Source of the DNA: Paraphysomonas bandaiensis
Taxonomy: Eukaryota; Protista; Chrysophyceae
Assembly: GCA_965644295.1 (NCBI GenBank)
Contig: CBFFRP010000360.1
Span: 108,595 to 172,594, forward strand
Direction of reading: 5' to 3'
Length of the DNA stretch: 64,000 nucleotides
Part shown: positions 49,783-62,208 of the stretch, piece after piece
Layout of the letters: the number at the start of each line of letters is the position of its first letter
Numbering within the stretch: position 1 is the stretch's first letter
Translations under genes and position numbers: made by a program
Notes under the pieces: model-generated
What the model was told of the DNA's origin: nothing
Database searches by the model: none
The model's input: the letters and a program-made list of their open reading frames with translations, nothing else

Positions 49783-52360
49783 ATGACAAGAATTCGTGTT
49801 GCTATACGTGTGAAACCTGAGAGTGGCGAAAAACTCAAAGGATTTGGTTTTGAACCCACTAATGATGGTGTGAGATTTGAGTTAACAGCATCTGGAACGA
49901 AGAATGAGTTTAATTTTGATCATGTGTTTGATGAGAGTATATCACAGCATGAGGTCTTCAATACTGCATGTGTACCCATTATACATAATGTTCTTGATGG
50001 GTTTAATGGTACACTGTTTGCTTATGGACAGGTATGGTGTAGTGTGTAGTACTATGTATGATATAACTTTAGATTTACTTGAATGGTAGACAGGAGCTGG
50101 TAAAACACATACAGTTACTGGTCCAGCCTCAGAGGAGTTTGAAGAACGAGGGCTGTGTATGCGTGCTGCGGATTATTTGTTCCGTCGCATTCGCTCTATC
50201 CCTGATTTTGTCTTCACTGTAAAGTTTTCTGTGATTGAGATATACAATGACAACGTAATGGACCTTCTACGTGAATCATTGCACGATTCACCAAAGCTCG
50301 TTATCGTTGATACCCCTGATGGTGTCATAGTACCGGCCTTGTATTTACTGCCGCTAGAGAACGAAGAAGAGGCATATACAAAATTATATGAAGCTAACGT
50401 CAATAGGTGCTGGCTTCTCGTGTTATCTTAGTATGACAGTAGTTTGCATATTATTGTTACCAGTATTTATGCTTCAACACAAACAATATATAGTATCTTA
50501 CTTGCATGTATACTATGATTTATTCGCCTCTGTGAACTTTGTAACCTTTGTGGGCCAGGTCAGTAGCTGAGCACCAGCTCAATCGGCGCTCCAGTCGATC
50601 CCACGTGATATATTCATTCTACTTGACCCGCAGCAAGCAGGTCACTACAGCAGACGGGGTTCAAACGGATACATCAGATGTAGTGCAGAGCAAACTACAC
50701 CTAGTAGATCTGGCTGGATCAGAGAGGATAGAGAAAACTGGTTCGAAAGGAGGGCTTGTCAAAGAAGCGACACATATTAACAAGAGTCTATCATTTCTAG
50801 AACAAGTAGTGTTATCTCTTACTAAGAAAGCGCAACAGGCGCAGATGAATGCCACTGGCACGAGTCAGATTAACAAAAAAGACTTCGTCCCTGCATATCG
50901 ATCCAGTAAGCTCACATATATACTGAAGGCACGAGTGTCGTTATTCTTACCGCTCTTGTTTTGACAAAATGTTTGTAGGACTCCCTTGGTGGTAACTGTA
51001 ACACGTAAGTAGTATGTTGCCCTATTGAGTACTTGTAACATGTTGTGAATTATGCAACTCTATAAAATGAGTACATGCCTTCCGATTAATATATGTTGGT
51101 AGGGTTCTTATTGCATGTGTGTGGCCGCATTGCAATCATCTATGGGAAACTCTGTCGACGCTTCGCTTTGCAACCCGTATGCGATGTATCGAGAATCACC
51201 CTCACAGGAACTCTCTTGTTTCTGGGGCAGGAGCCAATAGTTCAACACGTGCGCTGCAAGTCAAAATCGAATCATTGAAACGTGAGCTTGCCTTGAGAGA
51301 TATGATTGGAGGGTACACACAAGTAACTGGAGATAATACACTTAAGGGACAGGACAGAGGTCAGCTACTGTCCTCTCTCACTAAGGCACAACATCAGCGG
51401 TGTGTCAAGATAGCTTCTCAGTTTGCACTCAACAACGATGACAAGGGTGCACTGGACGTGCGGGCGCTCTGTGAGGTTCAGGCGGTTGCAAGTACCCTCC
51501 GATACGCTCTGTGGGAGGCATGTGAAGGTGATCGTTCTAAAGTCGCTGCTGCGCTAAATGCTGCTGGAGCAAGTAATGAGTTAGAAGACGATGATACCCA
51601 AGTAAATGCTAAACGATTGGTCAGTGTGCAGAGCACCATAACAGAAGTGCCTAATGAAGAGGAAGTAGAGTGCGCGAATGATGACCCGGGTATCAGTGAT
51701 ATTCCTTTATCCCCAGTGCGAAGTAACGGCGAATCTCCTGCTAAGAATTCTCCTGTCAAGTTAGTCGCTTCACCTCCTCCCGTGCCTGTGCATTCACCTC
51801 GAGCTCTTCCGGTTGTAGCAGCTGTGGACCAACCAGCTCATGAGAGCCCTCGTCACGAACGAAATGACCAGAGTGAGTTGGACGCTCCTCGAGGGCACGG
51901 AAATGATGACAGCGAAAACCAAAATGCAGAAGATGCTTTTGGACTCTTTAAGCAAAATGACGGACTAGAGTTGCATGAGAACTATGAAAATATTAAACAA
52001 GGCATAAAAGAAGCCAAGGCCCGTCAGAGAGTACTTGTGAATTTGGTCAATACTCACAAAGCGAGTATTGATGTTAAGACTGACATAATCCAGCAAATCA
52101 ATTCTGTACTGGAGATGGCGGGCGGAGTTGAAACGGAGAACGTTATTGCGGCAGGAGGATTCGAACAGTTAAATCGTGATCTCCAAGAAGCTACTACGGA
52201 CCTCACAAATGCGAAAAACCAATATAAGAAGTCTCGTACAGAATTAATTAGATGCAAAGAGCAAATTGCGGAGCTGACTCTAATGAAACAACAGGCGTTG
52301 AATACGTTAGTTAAAGCTTTTGAGGAGTATACAGCCACGATATCAGCTGATAGTTTGTGA
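49783..52360 (+). CDS. Kinesin-9 family motor (KIF9/KIF6-like), multi-exon
   Basis: FAYGQ|TGAGKT, NRRSSRSH, LVDLAGSER, INKSLSFLEQ and neck LKRELALRD. Confidence 0.93.
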
Positions 52361-52492
52361 GTAAAATTTGTTTAGTATACGTGTTTAAATTTGTACTGCT
52401 TCTATTAGTAGTAGAATATTTATATTTTGGAACTATTGTGCTGTCTATACTGAGATAAGTAAACCTATAATTTCAATATACACTCTATACAC

Positions 52493-53748
52493 CAGGGCCT
52501 GGTAACCATTAGTGGTAATGGCATTAATGGCCATTAATGGTAATGCCATTATAATTGCCGGGACATTTTTAATTAATGCCATTATAATTGCGGGGAACTG
52601 GACTGCCATTAATGGTATCCCATTAATGACATGTACTGCTATATATAGAACTGAGTGTTTTTAAGATAATAGAAGATAGTATCTCCTCTAAACAATATGA
52701 GACAATAATGTTCATGCAACTCTACAGGCACTCTGTGGCAACCTTGTTCACTATCTTCTCAATGCATTCTAGAGTTAGAGAATAGTGTCCTGAGCGATAT
52801 CCATAGCAACGTACCCATATACACAAAAGCTTAAAATAATCATTGAAAATATGCATATTTCGCCTATAAACATTCATAAAAACACTATTTTTCCCCAAAG
52901 TTGAAAGAAGCTACAGTACACAACTCTGTATTTATACCATCCCACATCCAGCATATTAAGCAACGATGATGGCCAAAACAATCGATGGCAGTGTAATTTA
53001 CAGAGTCTTCTTCCGAGTGCATTCAGAGAATCCTCTCAGTGCTCTGTATCTTATTGTTCGTTGTGCAATGATCTCCTTTAACACGATATACAGCGAGGTC
53101 ACGCGAGTTGTGTGAATCATATAGCCAAGAAGGGCACCAAACATGCGGATTTTTCTTGGCGAGAGGAACTCGAAAGAAAGTATCTCCTGCTGCAAGGAAT
53201 TTATTTCGGTGGCTGGAATGGATAGCTATGAACGATGAACCATTTTCTATTGTGGAGAATAAGAATGTTCGGAATGGATAGAACCAGTTTGTACCGAGCC
53301 CGCCAGTTATTTGATATGCTGCTACAAGAATTTCCAGAGCTGCATCTATACCTTTCCCCTAATGCAAGCATTGTTGCCAGTGCAAATTTTGAGAAGGAAA
53401 TGGCTAAAATTCAAGGGAACGACGAAAGAGAGTTGACAGGCAATGAGAGAAGAGCAGTTAGACTTTTGCAACTGGATTCATCCATGGAGGTTTGTGTACC
53501 CGACAGAAATAACGAGGACGAGAGTGAAGGAACTGATTTTGCACAGCGTGTTTTCTGGACAGCGCCGAGGTCACCAAGAGAGCTCTACTTGGTACCTATG
53601 AGTCCAACTACCGCTGCTTGCTTCATATTGAAGCACAATCTAATGTTGTTGAAAGGCTCTTTCTAGTCGTGCAAAGTTGATTATGACACCTAAGCGTAAA
53701 AACATGAATCCATATCGTCTAGAATCGTTGCTATTCCTACGAGCCAAT
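52493..53748 (+). mobile_element. hAT-like transposon left end and transposase relic
   Basis: CAGGGCCTGG end with CCATTAATGG subterminal repeats; RQLFDMLL...LSPNASIV...NFEK; dimerisation-like SRAKLIMTPKR...LESLLFLRANK. Confidence 0.7.
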
Positions 53749-54856
53749 AAATAAGATTTAAGGTTAGTCTTGATATTTAGTAAGGATATACTTGATATCC
53801 TTTTGTCGTCGTTTTGTTTGTTTGTGGACTTCTGCATCTGTTGTATGTGTTCCCACGAGTGCTTGCACTCTGCTGCAATGTGGTTGGATCCATTGCATCT
53901 GAAGCACTTAACTTCGCGCGACTTGTAGCTCTGCTGGACTTGTTGAATTTCTTGTGTTTTGTTGGATTTCGCTGCCCGTTGTGCTTTTGCTTTTTCGATA
54001 GACTGGGGTTAAACGGATGTTTGCCTGTTGAGCTGTAGTTTGCGCTATCCCGTTTGGTTTCCGTGTTTTGTGATAGTAGGGAGCCTACAGTGGAATGCTC
54101 GAATGCTCTCAATCTTCTTATCAGCGTTTTATAATCATCAATTGGGTTCATTTGGAGGTTGATTGCCAGGTCCTTATAGGTCTGGTTCTCATTTGAGACC
54201 ATCCCTTGTCGTATTCTTGAAATGAGGTCTTGTTCAGAGACTTTGTGGCCGTGTGTAGCGAGCTTTAATCGCAATTTTTCGACTTCGTCCAGGAATTGAT
54301 TGATTGTTTGAGCTTGCTTGATTTTGATTGATTGCAGTTGGCCAATGGGGTCGGTTATCGTATCATTTGAGGTCTTGTCTTTGAAATGCTTTTCGATCTC
54401 TGGCCATGCCCTTTTTCCATCTCCTTCAGGGACTGTTTCGATAATACCCTCTGCTTCCTCGTTTTGGCCAATCACCGCGCTGGATAGAAGTGACCATAGG
54501 TAATTGTTGCCCTCCTCGAAATACTGCATATTCTCATCGTAGGCGTTTTTCCTGTATAGGTAGTCTTCTTCTGTTTCTTCCTCCTGACGTATAGGCTCCT
54601 CTGGCTCATCGTTTCTTAGGATGTATACTATCTTGGGCTTACGAAAGAACCAGGCTCTACTTTTCTTCTGCCATTTTGAGAAGTTCTTGGCGTCGAAGGG
54701 TGGCATGGAATCATTCCTCTTGTCCGATGAGTCGGAGTCGGAGTTATCGTAACTGTTAGTCTTAGAACTCATCCGCTGCCAAAATAAGATTTAAGGTTAG
54801 TCTTGATATTTAGTAAGGATATACTTGATATTATTAAAGATAGAGATTGATCGATA
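53749..54856 (-). mobile_element. Internally deleted older copia-like element, gag only
   Basis: Gag ORF 53777-54772 (GDGKRAW; frameshifted CFRCNGSNHIAAEC knuckle). 50-bp direct repeats at 53749-53798 and 54782-54831. PBS-like TGGCAGCGG at 54781-54773. Confidence 0.75.
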
Positions 54857-54861
54857 AGGCC

Positions 54862-57800
54862 TGTCAAGGTTTGACATTATATGAGAAGTATTAACTTAAC
54901 AACAGAAGGTAACTTATACTCAAAGCTGAGAATTATAAATTATAATCAATGTCTCTTATCATTCATCAATATCATGTTGTCTCCACTACCACTCATTTCT
55001 CGTACGACGATCTTACATCGTCACTACAACTTGCATCGTCACAATATTCCGTTTTACCGCTATGTGCTTATCGTCATTCATTCTCACAATACGATTAACA
55101 AGACTACAACTGTATAATACAGTAATTTAAATACCTTATAACTACAGCTTTCAATTGCTCTCATATAGCAGAACTCAACACTCCCTCTCAATTCAAAGCT
55201 GTAGATAGACTCTTCACATCACAAGACATAACTGACGGATACGCAACCACCGAAACCAAACAGGACAAACAGGTGGACGTATGACTCCGACATTTCAGCT
55301 AGTCTCACAGTACAGTCAACTGATCACTTACGTCGTTTGAACGTCTTTTCTCTAATAACCTCAACAGATGATTTTCGATCCTCTCCTAGGCATCTCTTCC
55401 TGTGTTTCTCGAAAGTTACACCACACAACGATTTCGTGAATATGTCTGCTGTCTGATCATCTGTTCCAACGTGGTACAATATGGCAGTGTTAAAGAGGCC
55501 ATCTGGATCTACGTGTTCCCTAACCCAATGGTATTTGATCTCGATGTGTTTTGAACGCTTATGGAACACCGGATTCAATGCTAAGTCACGAGCACTCTGG
55601 CTATCCAAGAAAAATGGTGTGGGTTCGCGTAGACGAAGTCCTAATTCGTCCAACACCCCCCGAAGCCATACCAGTTCTTGCATGCCAGCATACATAGCCT
55701 GATACTCACTTTGCATTGATGACGTTGAAACGGTAGCCTGTAAAATGGACTGCCAGATAAGTGGTCCACCGGCGGCAAATACTATGTATCCAGTCGTAGA
55801 TCGGCGTGACACCACATCGCCAGCCCAGTCTGCATCAGTAAAGATGTGCATGTCGAAGTGCTTACTACTGAACCGAATACCCTTTCGAACTGTACCCCTA
55901 ACGTACTGCAATAGGTACGTCATTAAATAACATGTAGCCCGGGTAGGCTTAGATGCATGTCTAGATAACAAACCAACTGCATATGCAATATCAGGGCGAG
56001 TATTCATAGATAGATATAACATGGCACCCAGTAGGCTGCGATAAGGATAATTATCTACTCCCTCTTTCTCCTCAGGTGTGAGATCGCTGTCTGCTTGATT
56101 AATTCTGTCCATTGCATCGAGGGGTAGCGGCGACTTTCGGATTTTTGATGAGGGACCGAGGAAATCAGCGAATTTGAGAAGAATCAGTCTTCTCCTCCAA
56201 CTGCTCTCTACCAGCAGTTACTAAGGCTCTATAAGCCACGATCAAACCTTTCCGAACCACGACTCTCGTAGTCCTAAACAGGAAACCCTCATCGGTATGG
56301 TAAGATCCAATCAAATGGTTGAACTCTTCAACCTGTCGAGCCTGGGGATCATGTTTAACTAACGCAGCCTCCAGCTCCTCGAAATACTCCTTCTCTCTGG
56401 GGGGAATGCTTTCGTCGAATAACACATGTATTGACACAACTTCGGACTCTCCTAGCCATATTCTGTATCCCCTCTTCTTTTTGGAGAGACCTAAAAAATA
56501 TCCAATCTGCGATTTGCCTTGCCAATTTTTTCGACGATCACCCCTGGGAGTCTTCACATAAGCTTTACACCCCCATCGACGCAAACTGGATAAATCTGGA
56601 ACAGAACCCCCAGGTACACACTCCATGGGAGACATCCATCCGCGATAGGTCCGAGTGGGCATCATGCGAATAATTTCAGATGCATATACGTAGGCATCTC
56701 ACCAGAATGGAACTGGGAATCCAGCATCTGACAGCATTGCAAGAGTTATCTCTCCCGCGGTTCGAAAGCGTCTCTCAGACACGCCATTCATCTCAGGTGA
56801 GTCTGTAGAGCTCCACGTAATTGAGGCGCCAAACTTGCTGTGAAGATACTCCTGAATAGACTTATCAATGAGTTCGGCTCCCCCGTCGGCATGATACACA
56901 GATAGTCGATGAACTCCTGGATACTTGGGTAGAAGAACCTCGACCCAATTCCTAATGTGCTCCAACACTTCACTTGCGGTCCGAGTTTTCAACGGAAACT
57001 CCCAGCATTCCTTGGTGGCCACATCTGTCAACGCTAATACATACCGGTATCCCTGTCGAGAAGGACAATTGAAATATACTCCTATATCGACAGTTACTTT
57101 TTCCAGAAACCTTGTCGCCTGTAGCTCTTCATCACTCTTCCCAGGAAACGAGATTCTGGTAATCTTCGACTTTGCACAGGCTTTGCAGATACCCTTGGTT
57201 TTCTGAAGACTCTTCTTACTCAGATGAGATCTGTTGAGGCCACTCCCTGTGAACAACCGATGTTTGAAAGCTTCTAATAGCTTGCGCTTGCTGACATGCC
57301 CGCATCGCTTGTGAAGCAATTCCAGAGGGTCTTCATTTGTTTTATCCGATAGATGTACTTCTGCAGCTAAACTCGTCAAGTCAGGTAACTCCAACAAGTC
57401 CTTTAGATCAACGAAGGGCATTCCATTATCTGAATACCTAGCTTCAAGAACAACTTCTGCATTATCCAATCGCACTATTTTTGGGGTCTCTAGCAGCTGA
57501 AGTCCATATCCAAGCGTACGAAGCATCCCTCCCGAACAAATATTCTTGACTGAGTCGGGGCATACCTTTAATTTTGTCCAGTCACCATAGTTGCCTGAGC
57601 CAGTATATCGTAAGCTGGATCCCGCTTTGGTTGTCTGAATGGTCCCTTCGTCTGCAACAAATGTCTGTAGAATATCACTGTTCTTGATGATGAAGAGTTG
57701 TTTCGACGCGCAGCTGTCTAGAAATACAATGTCTTCAGAAGTATGCAGCACCTCATCTGCAACATTCACTTCTAAGTTACTCGATTCATCATATAGCAAC

Positions 57801-59224
57801 ATGTGCACAGAATCATCCTCTTGCTCCTCTCTTTGAAGATAACGATTCCAGTCCGAGCTCTTTTTGATGGGCCTTTCCATCGTACCGTTTTTTTCGGAAA
57901 AAAGTCGTTTTTTGTTAACAGAATCCTCCGCTTTCCTTGTTTTTCGAACTTGAGCTCGATGTCTGCATTCATGAGCTCGATGTCCAGATACGCCACACAC
58001 AAAACATCCATCATCATCAGCGCCATTCTTTGACTTACTTCTTTTGGATTCTGCTTGTTGGCTTCGATGCTTGTTTTTACCATTGCGCTTCATTTGGGAG
58101 ATCTTCAGATCTTTCTTCTTCATCCAGCAGTTCTTCTGCGTGTGACCTCGTTTTCCACATTTAGAGTATGAGCATGTTACCTCTTGATCAGAAGAATTCC
58201 AATGTACTTCCGGTGCAGAAGACTCCTGTGGTAGACCCTTTGCCTGGTCGAAGCGCCTACAAATGGTGATCATCTCATTAAATGAAATATCACCTTTCAG
58301 GTAGATGTTTGTGTACAGCTGCTCCAGATCCTTCCTCGTTTCCAGCGCAGTCTGCAGCTTCGTTTTTTTGGATACGTCAGTTGGCGGCTCACCAAGTTCC
58401 GTCATTTTTTGGACAATTCCGTTCAGTCGATCAATGGCTGTACACACCAGCTCACCCTGTAGAATTCTAAATGACGCAAACTGTTTATTCAGTTCCACCA
58501 ATTCGTACTGGGTTTCCCCACGAAATCTAATAACCAATTTATTTACCAATTCACTTGCTAACATCTCCTTATCAGGATCATCAGGTGGAAGCATGTCCTT
58601 CTCTCGGAAGTATTGATCAACAATCTCAAGCGCCTCCGCAACAGGTTGAACAGCTTCGAAGATGGAACTGATGCAGGTGTCTTTTCTCTCCAACCACTTG
58701 TCGAGGTCTTCCTTATACTTGTTTTTCACAGCTGTGGACGCATTGTCAGCAGGTCGATGCGGTCGCTCTTCCAACCCAAGATGGTTCCGATTCTTTCTCA
58801 TAAGCCAAACTCTCAATCGCTTCGTCCAGTTCACAACACCGAACTGATCGAACTTCGGAAGGTGTTTCCATTCCGAACTACTTGCGGAACTACCGTCTGC
58901 TACCATGTCAAGGTTTGACATTATATGAGAAGTATTAACTTAACAACAGAAGGTAACTTATACTCAAAGCTGAGAATTATAAATTATAATCAATGTCTCT
59001 TATCATTCATCAATATCATGTTGTCTCCACTACCACTCATTTCTCGTACGACGATCTTACATCGTCACTACAACTTGCATCGTCACAATATTCCGTTTTA
59101 CCGCTATGTGCTTATCGTCATTCATTCTCACAATACGATTAACAAGACTACAACTGTATAATACAGTAATTTAAATACCTTATAACTACAGCTTTCAATT
59201 GCTCTCATATAGCAGAACTCAACA
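54862..59224 (-). mobile_element. Ty1/copia LTR retrotransposon, recent, RT-deleted
   Basis: 319-bp TG...CA LTRs at 54862-55180 and 58906-59224; TSD AGGCC; PBS TGGTAGCAGA; PPT TGAGAGGGAG. Gag CCHC, protease FLDSCAS, GAG-pre-integrase, integrase and RNase H (TDADWAG, RSKHIEIKYH) are present. Confidence 0.97.
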
Positions 59225-59560
59225 AGGCCTAATAGTATAATAGCAAGACACGTTTGAACAGAGCGTTAGCACCACACATGTGCGTATCTTGTACAGTCGC
59301 GATATCATGTATAGTTTGGTAATTATTCAGTCTATTTGGTATTTCATTGTATACGTGTGTTGTATTCACGCGTTCAGGGATATATGTGAATCAATGACTC
59401 CTAATACCAATTACATGTGTGCGTTTGTTCTACATGTGTACTACACGACTAAAAACAAAGAAACGCATGGAAGAATAAAACCAAGAATATCAATATTATT
59501 ATATTATCATGCATCAAATATAATAGCGCATTGGTTAGAGTATGCCATTGAGTGCAAGGA

Positions 59561-59604
59561 GCTTTATCGGTTATTGATAGAAGTGTCAACAACGTCATTC
59601 AAGC
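59561..59604 (-). promoter_or_regulatory. SECIS-like element in the SelW 3' UTR
   Basis: Minus strand GCTT-GA-ATGAC-GTTGTTGA-CACTTCTA-TCAATAAC-CGAT-A-AAGC: AUGA/GA quartet, 8-bp upper helix and a short lower helix. Confidence 0.7.
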
Positions 59605-59656
59605 GACTATGAACACCACAGCAGCACTGCCAACTACGCCACTACCATTTGATAGC

Positions 59657-60140
59657 TTAAGCCTCGAGGGCCTCTCGGATTTTATCGGCCACTCGCATCT
59701 TTTCCTCCATCGATTCGCAACGGCCCTGAAAGCAAATATAAAGAGTTACAATACGAGAAGCCAGAACTTTCAATGCATCTGACCTGACCACCCTGCTTGG
59801 AATGTATTAATTCACCAGTGCTTAGGATAGTAACTTCAAAGTTTCCGGTCGTACCAGGATCTGCACACAAGTTTAGTAAGTAAATGACAGTCTTCCTTCA
59901 TATCGACATACCTCTCAACTCAACAACCTCAACTTCATCAGGAAACTCTTCCTGGATAAAGGCGGCCAGCTGACGGCTATATAATCACAATTATAATTAT
60001 AAGGTGATATATGTATATCCCCACCTGAACCGCCCATAGCCTCATCCGCCACAATACTGAATCTGTTACCATAAACTATTACAAGGAACTATGCATCTGT
60101 ATTACCTTACCTGCACTTGAAGTTTCTTATCAGCTGACAT
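59657..60140 (-). CDS. SELENOW: Selenoprotein W (Rdx family), 92 aa, 5 exons, Sec TGA at 60044-60042
   Basis: Exons 60140-60111, 60062-60025, 59976-59912, 59860-59784 and 59725-59657 give MSADKKLQVQIQYCGGUGYGRFSRQLAAFIQEEFPDEVEVVELRDPGTTGNFEVTILSTGELIHSKQGGQGRCESMEEKMRVADKIREALEA. Confidence 0.93.
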
Positions 60141-60736
60141 ATTGCAATAGGATTGAATGTGTAATAAACTCTGTGTGTTTAATTTAATGAAATTATGCAA
60201 TCTTTTCTATGAAAACACTGCACTGCATGTGATGCAAGCAAAGAATTCCACACATATATACACGCATATATGACTTTATACTTGATCGTATGCGCGACTG
60301 TACAAGATCGCAATCGTTATACCCCAATTAAAAAAACAATCCCCTAAAACTGACGAAGAAAAATAGAAGAACTTTCTCCAAGTTCTGCTGTATGCTGATG
60401 GGAATTTCTATGTACGTGTGGTTATGTACAGTATGTATGGACTGCATATGTGAAACTCTGTGGGTTTTTTCCTCATCTAGAAACCCCACCTGTGAAAGGA
60501 AATGTTTCACATATGCCTCGAATACGGACAAATGTATAGTAGATAATCATATTCGATGCATATGTGAAACATTTGCTTTCACAGAAAAATCGGCACTTTT
60601 ATATGAGGAAACTACAACTTTATAGGGAAATAGCCACTTTATTAGTTGTAAAACACTGTTAGAATACTCTACTATTCTCCTTGAACGTCATATCCGTTAG
60701 TGGCATATATCAATATTCGACCATACTTACTGCAAA

Positions 60737-61653
60737 CATGAGTGAGACAGATTCAGACAGGGAGGAAGCGTTGCCTAAATGGTGAAGAGGAAGTGGCCGT
60801 ATACGCCGACAGCCGGTTGTGTCTGTTGACTCCAATGCTGATAATATATCTGACTATAAGAAGAATCGAACAAAAGCAGGAATGAAAGCAGCATACAAGA
60901 AAAAAGTTGGCCATATTATAGCGTGGTGTATAACAGCGTACCCTGAAGCTCTGATGATGATGAAAATTTGAAGATTCCATTCCCGAAAGACATCTCTCTT
61001 GAGTACTTCGGCCATCTGTTCACACCGGCTCACGAAGGAGCGAAAGAGGGAAGCTAAGGGCCCCAGATGACATTCCAGAAAGTGAACCTGACCCCCCTAG
61101 TAGATCCCACGTTAAGGGATATAGAAGCCCTATTGTCTACTTATATACCTTAAGAAATATGAAGCTGGACGTGGATGTAGTCTTAGACTTAGAACTAAGA
61201 CAGGCGATAGATGGCTATGAGAAAGACATCAATGAACTGAAGAAGAAAGGACTCATGAAACCAGAAGAGGGTAAAAGTCCGTTAAAAATGAATGGCTATA
61301 AAATTTTAGCGACGAATATGATGTTGATGGTTCCCTGTGCTATTGCAGGCAGTTGGTCCTATATCTTGTTCATGTGGGCATATTTTGTACTGATGTGGAA
61401 TATAATGAGTAGATCTGATTCAGTAGCTTGATTGATCTTTGAATATTTTGACTGGAGAGGTGATGCAATGCTTGTTCAAGAGCAAGGAGACACAAACTGG
61501 ACAAAAAAGACTACTAATGAAACATTCTATACTGCGCTGGATATAATTGTGAATCATGTCGTAAGTGTTCATAAGTTAAAGCAGATGGATACAGTTTCGT
61601 ACGGTAGCTTGTACAATGCAATCTGCAAGAAGTTGAAATGTGTATGGAATTGA
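60737..61653 (+). mobile_element. Decayed Crypton-like (tyrosine recombinase) element
   Basis: EGKSPLKMNGY...YFVLMWNIMSRSDSV*...FDWRGDAML resembles stramenopile Crypton YR proteins; stops and deletions present. Confidence 0.6.
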
Positions 61654-62208
61654 TAAATGTCACTTCTTTAAATTTAAGCAGTAGAAATCAAACTATTGAC
61701 AAACAGCTCTATAAGGCTGACAAATATGTATATATGTTGTCCGTAGATATGTTATAACATTATGTGATATACGATATACTTACATCTACATCGGCACCTT
61801 CATCTTGATGAAGGATTAGTAGGCAGCTCTACATTACAGTGTCTGATAAACACTGATAGTAATATATGATATAAGTTGTAAGTAAGTGGATACGTATGCT
61901 ATAGCATTATGTAATATACGATATACATCCATCTCTTATCTACGACAGCACCTTCATCTTGATGAATGATATATGTAAACCTCAGTCATATTTACAGGAC
62001 ACAGCAGGTCATTACGAATGATAGTATTAGGAGCCATATGGTCGACAGTATCGTCACTGGTTGGGTCGTAAGAGGCGTCCCTATACCACATACATATACT
62101 CTCACTACTTCTTAATTAACTCATCCACACTCTCATATTACTCATATGTTATCCTTATAGAGGAAGTCCTCATATGGACGATCACCACCAGCTCCACTAA
62201 CAACAGCG

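Noticed and set aside
54881-55117. Identical 78-aa ORFs at 54881 and 58925
   Set aside because: They lie within the two LTRs and show no coding signature.
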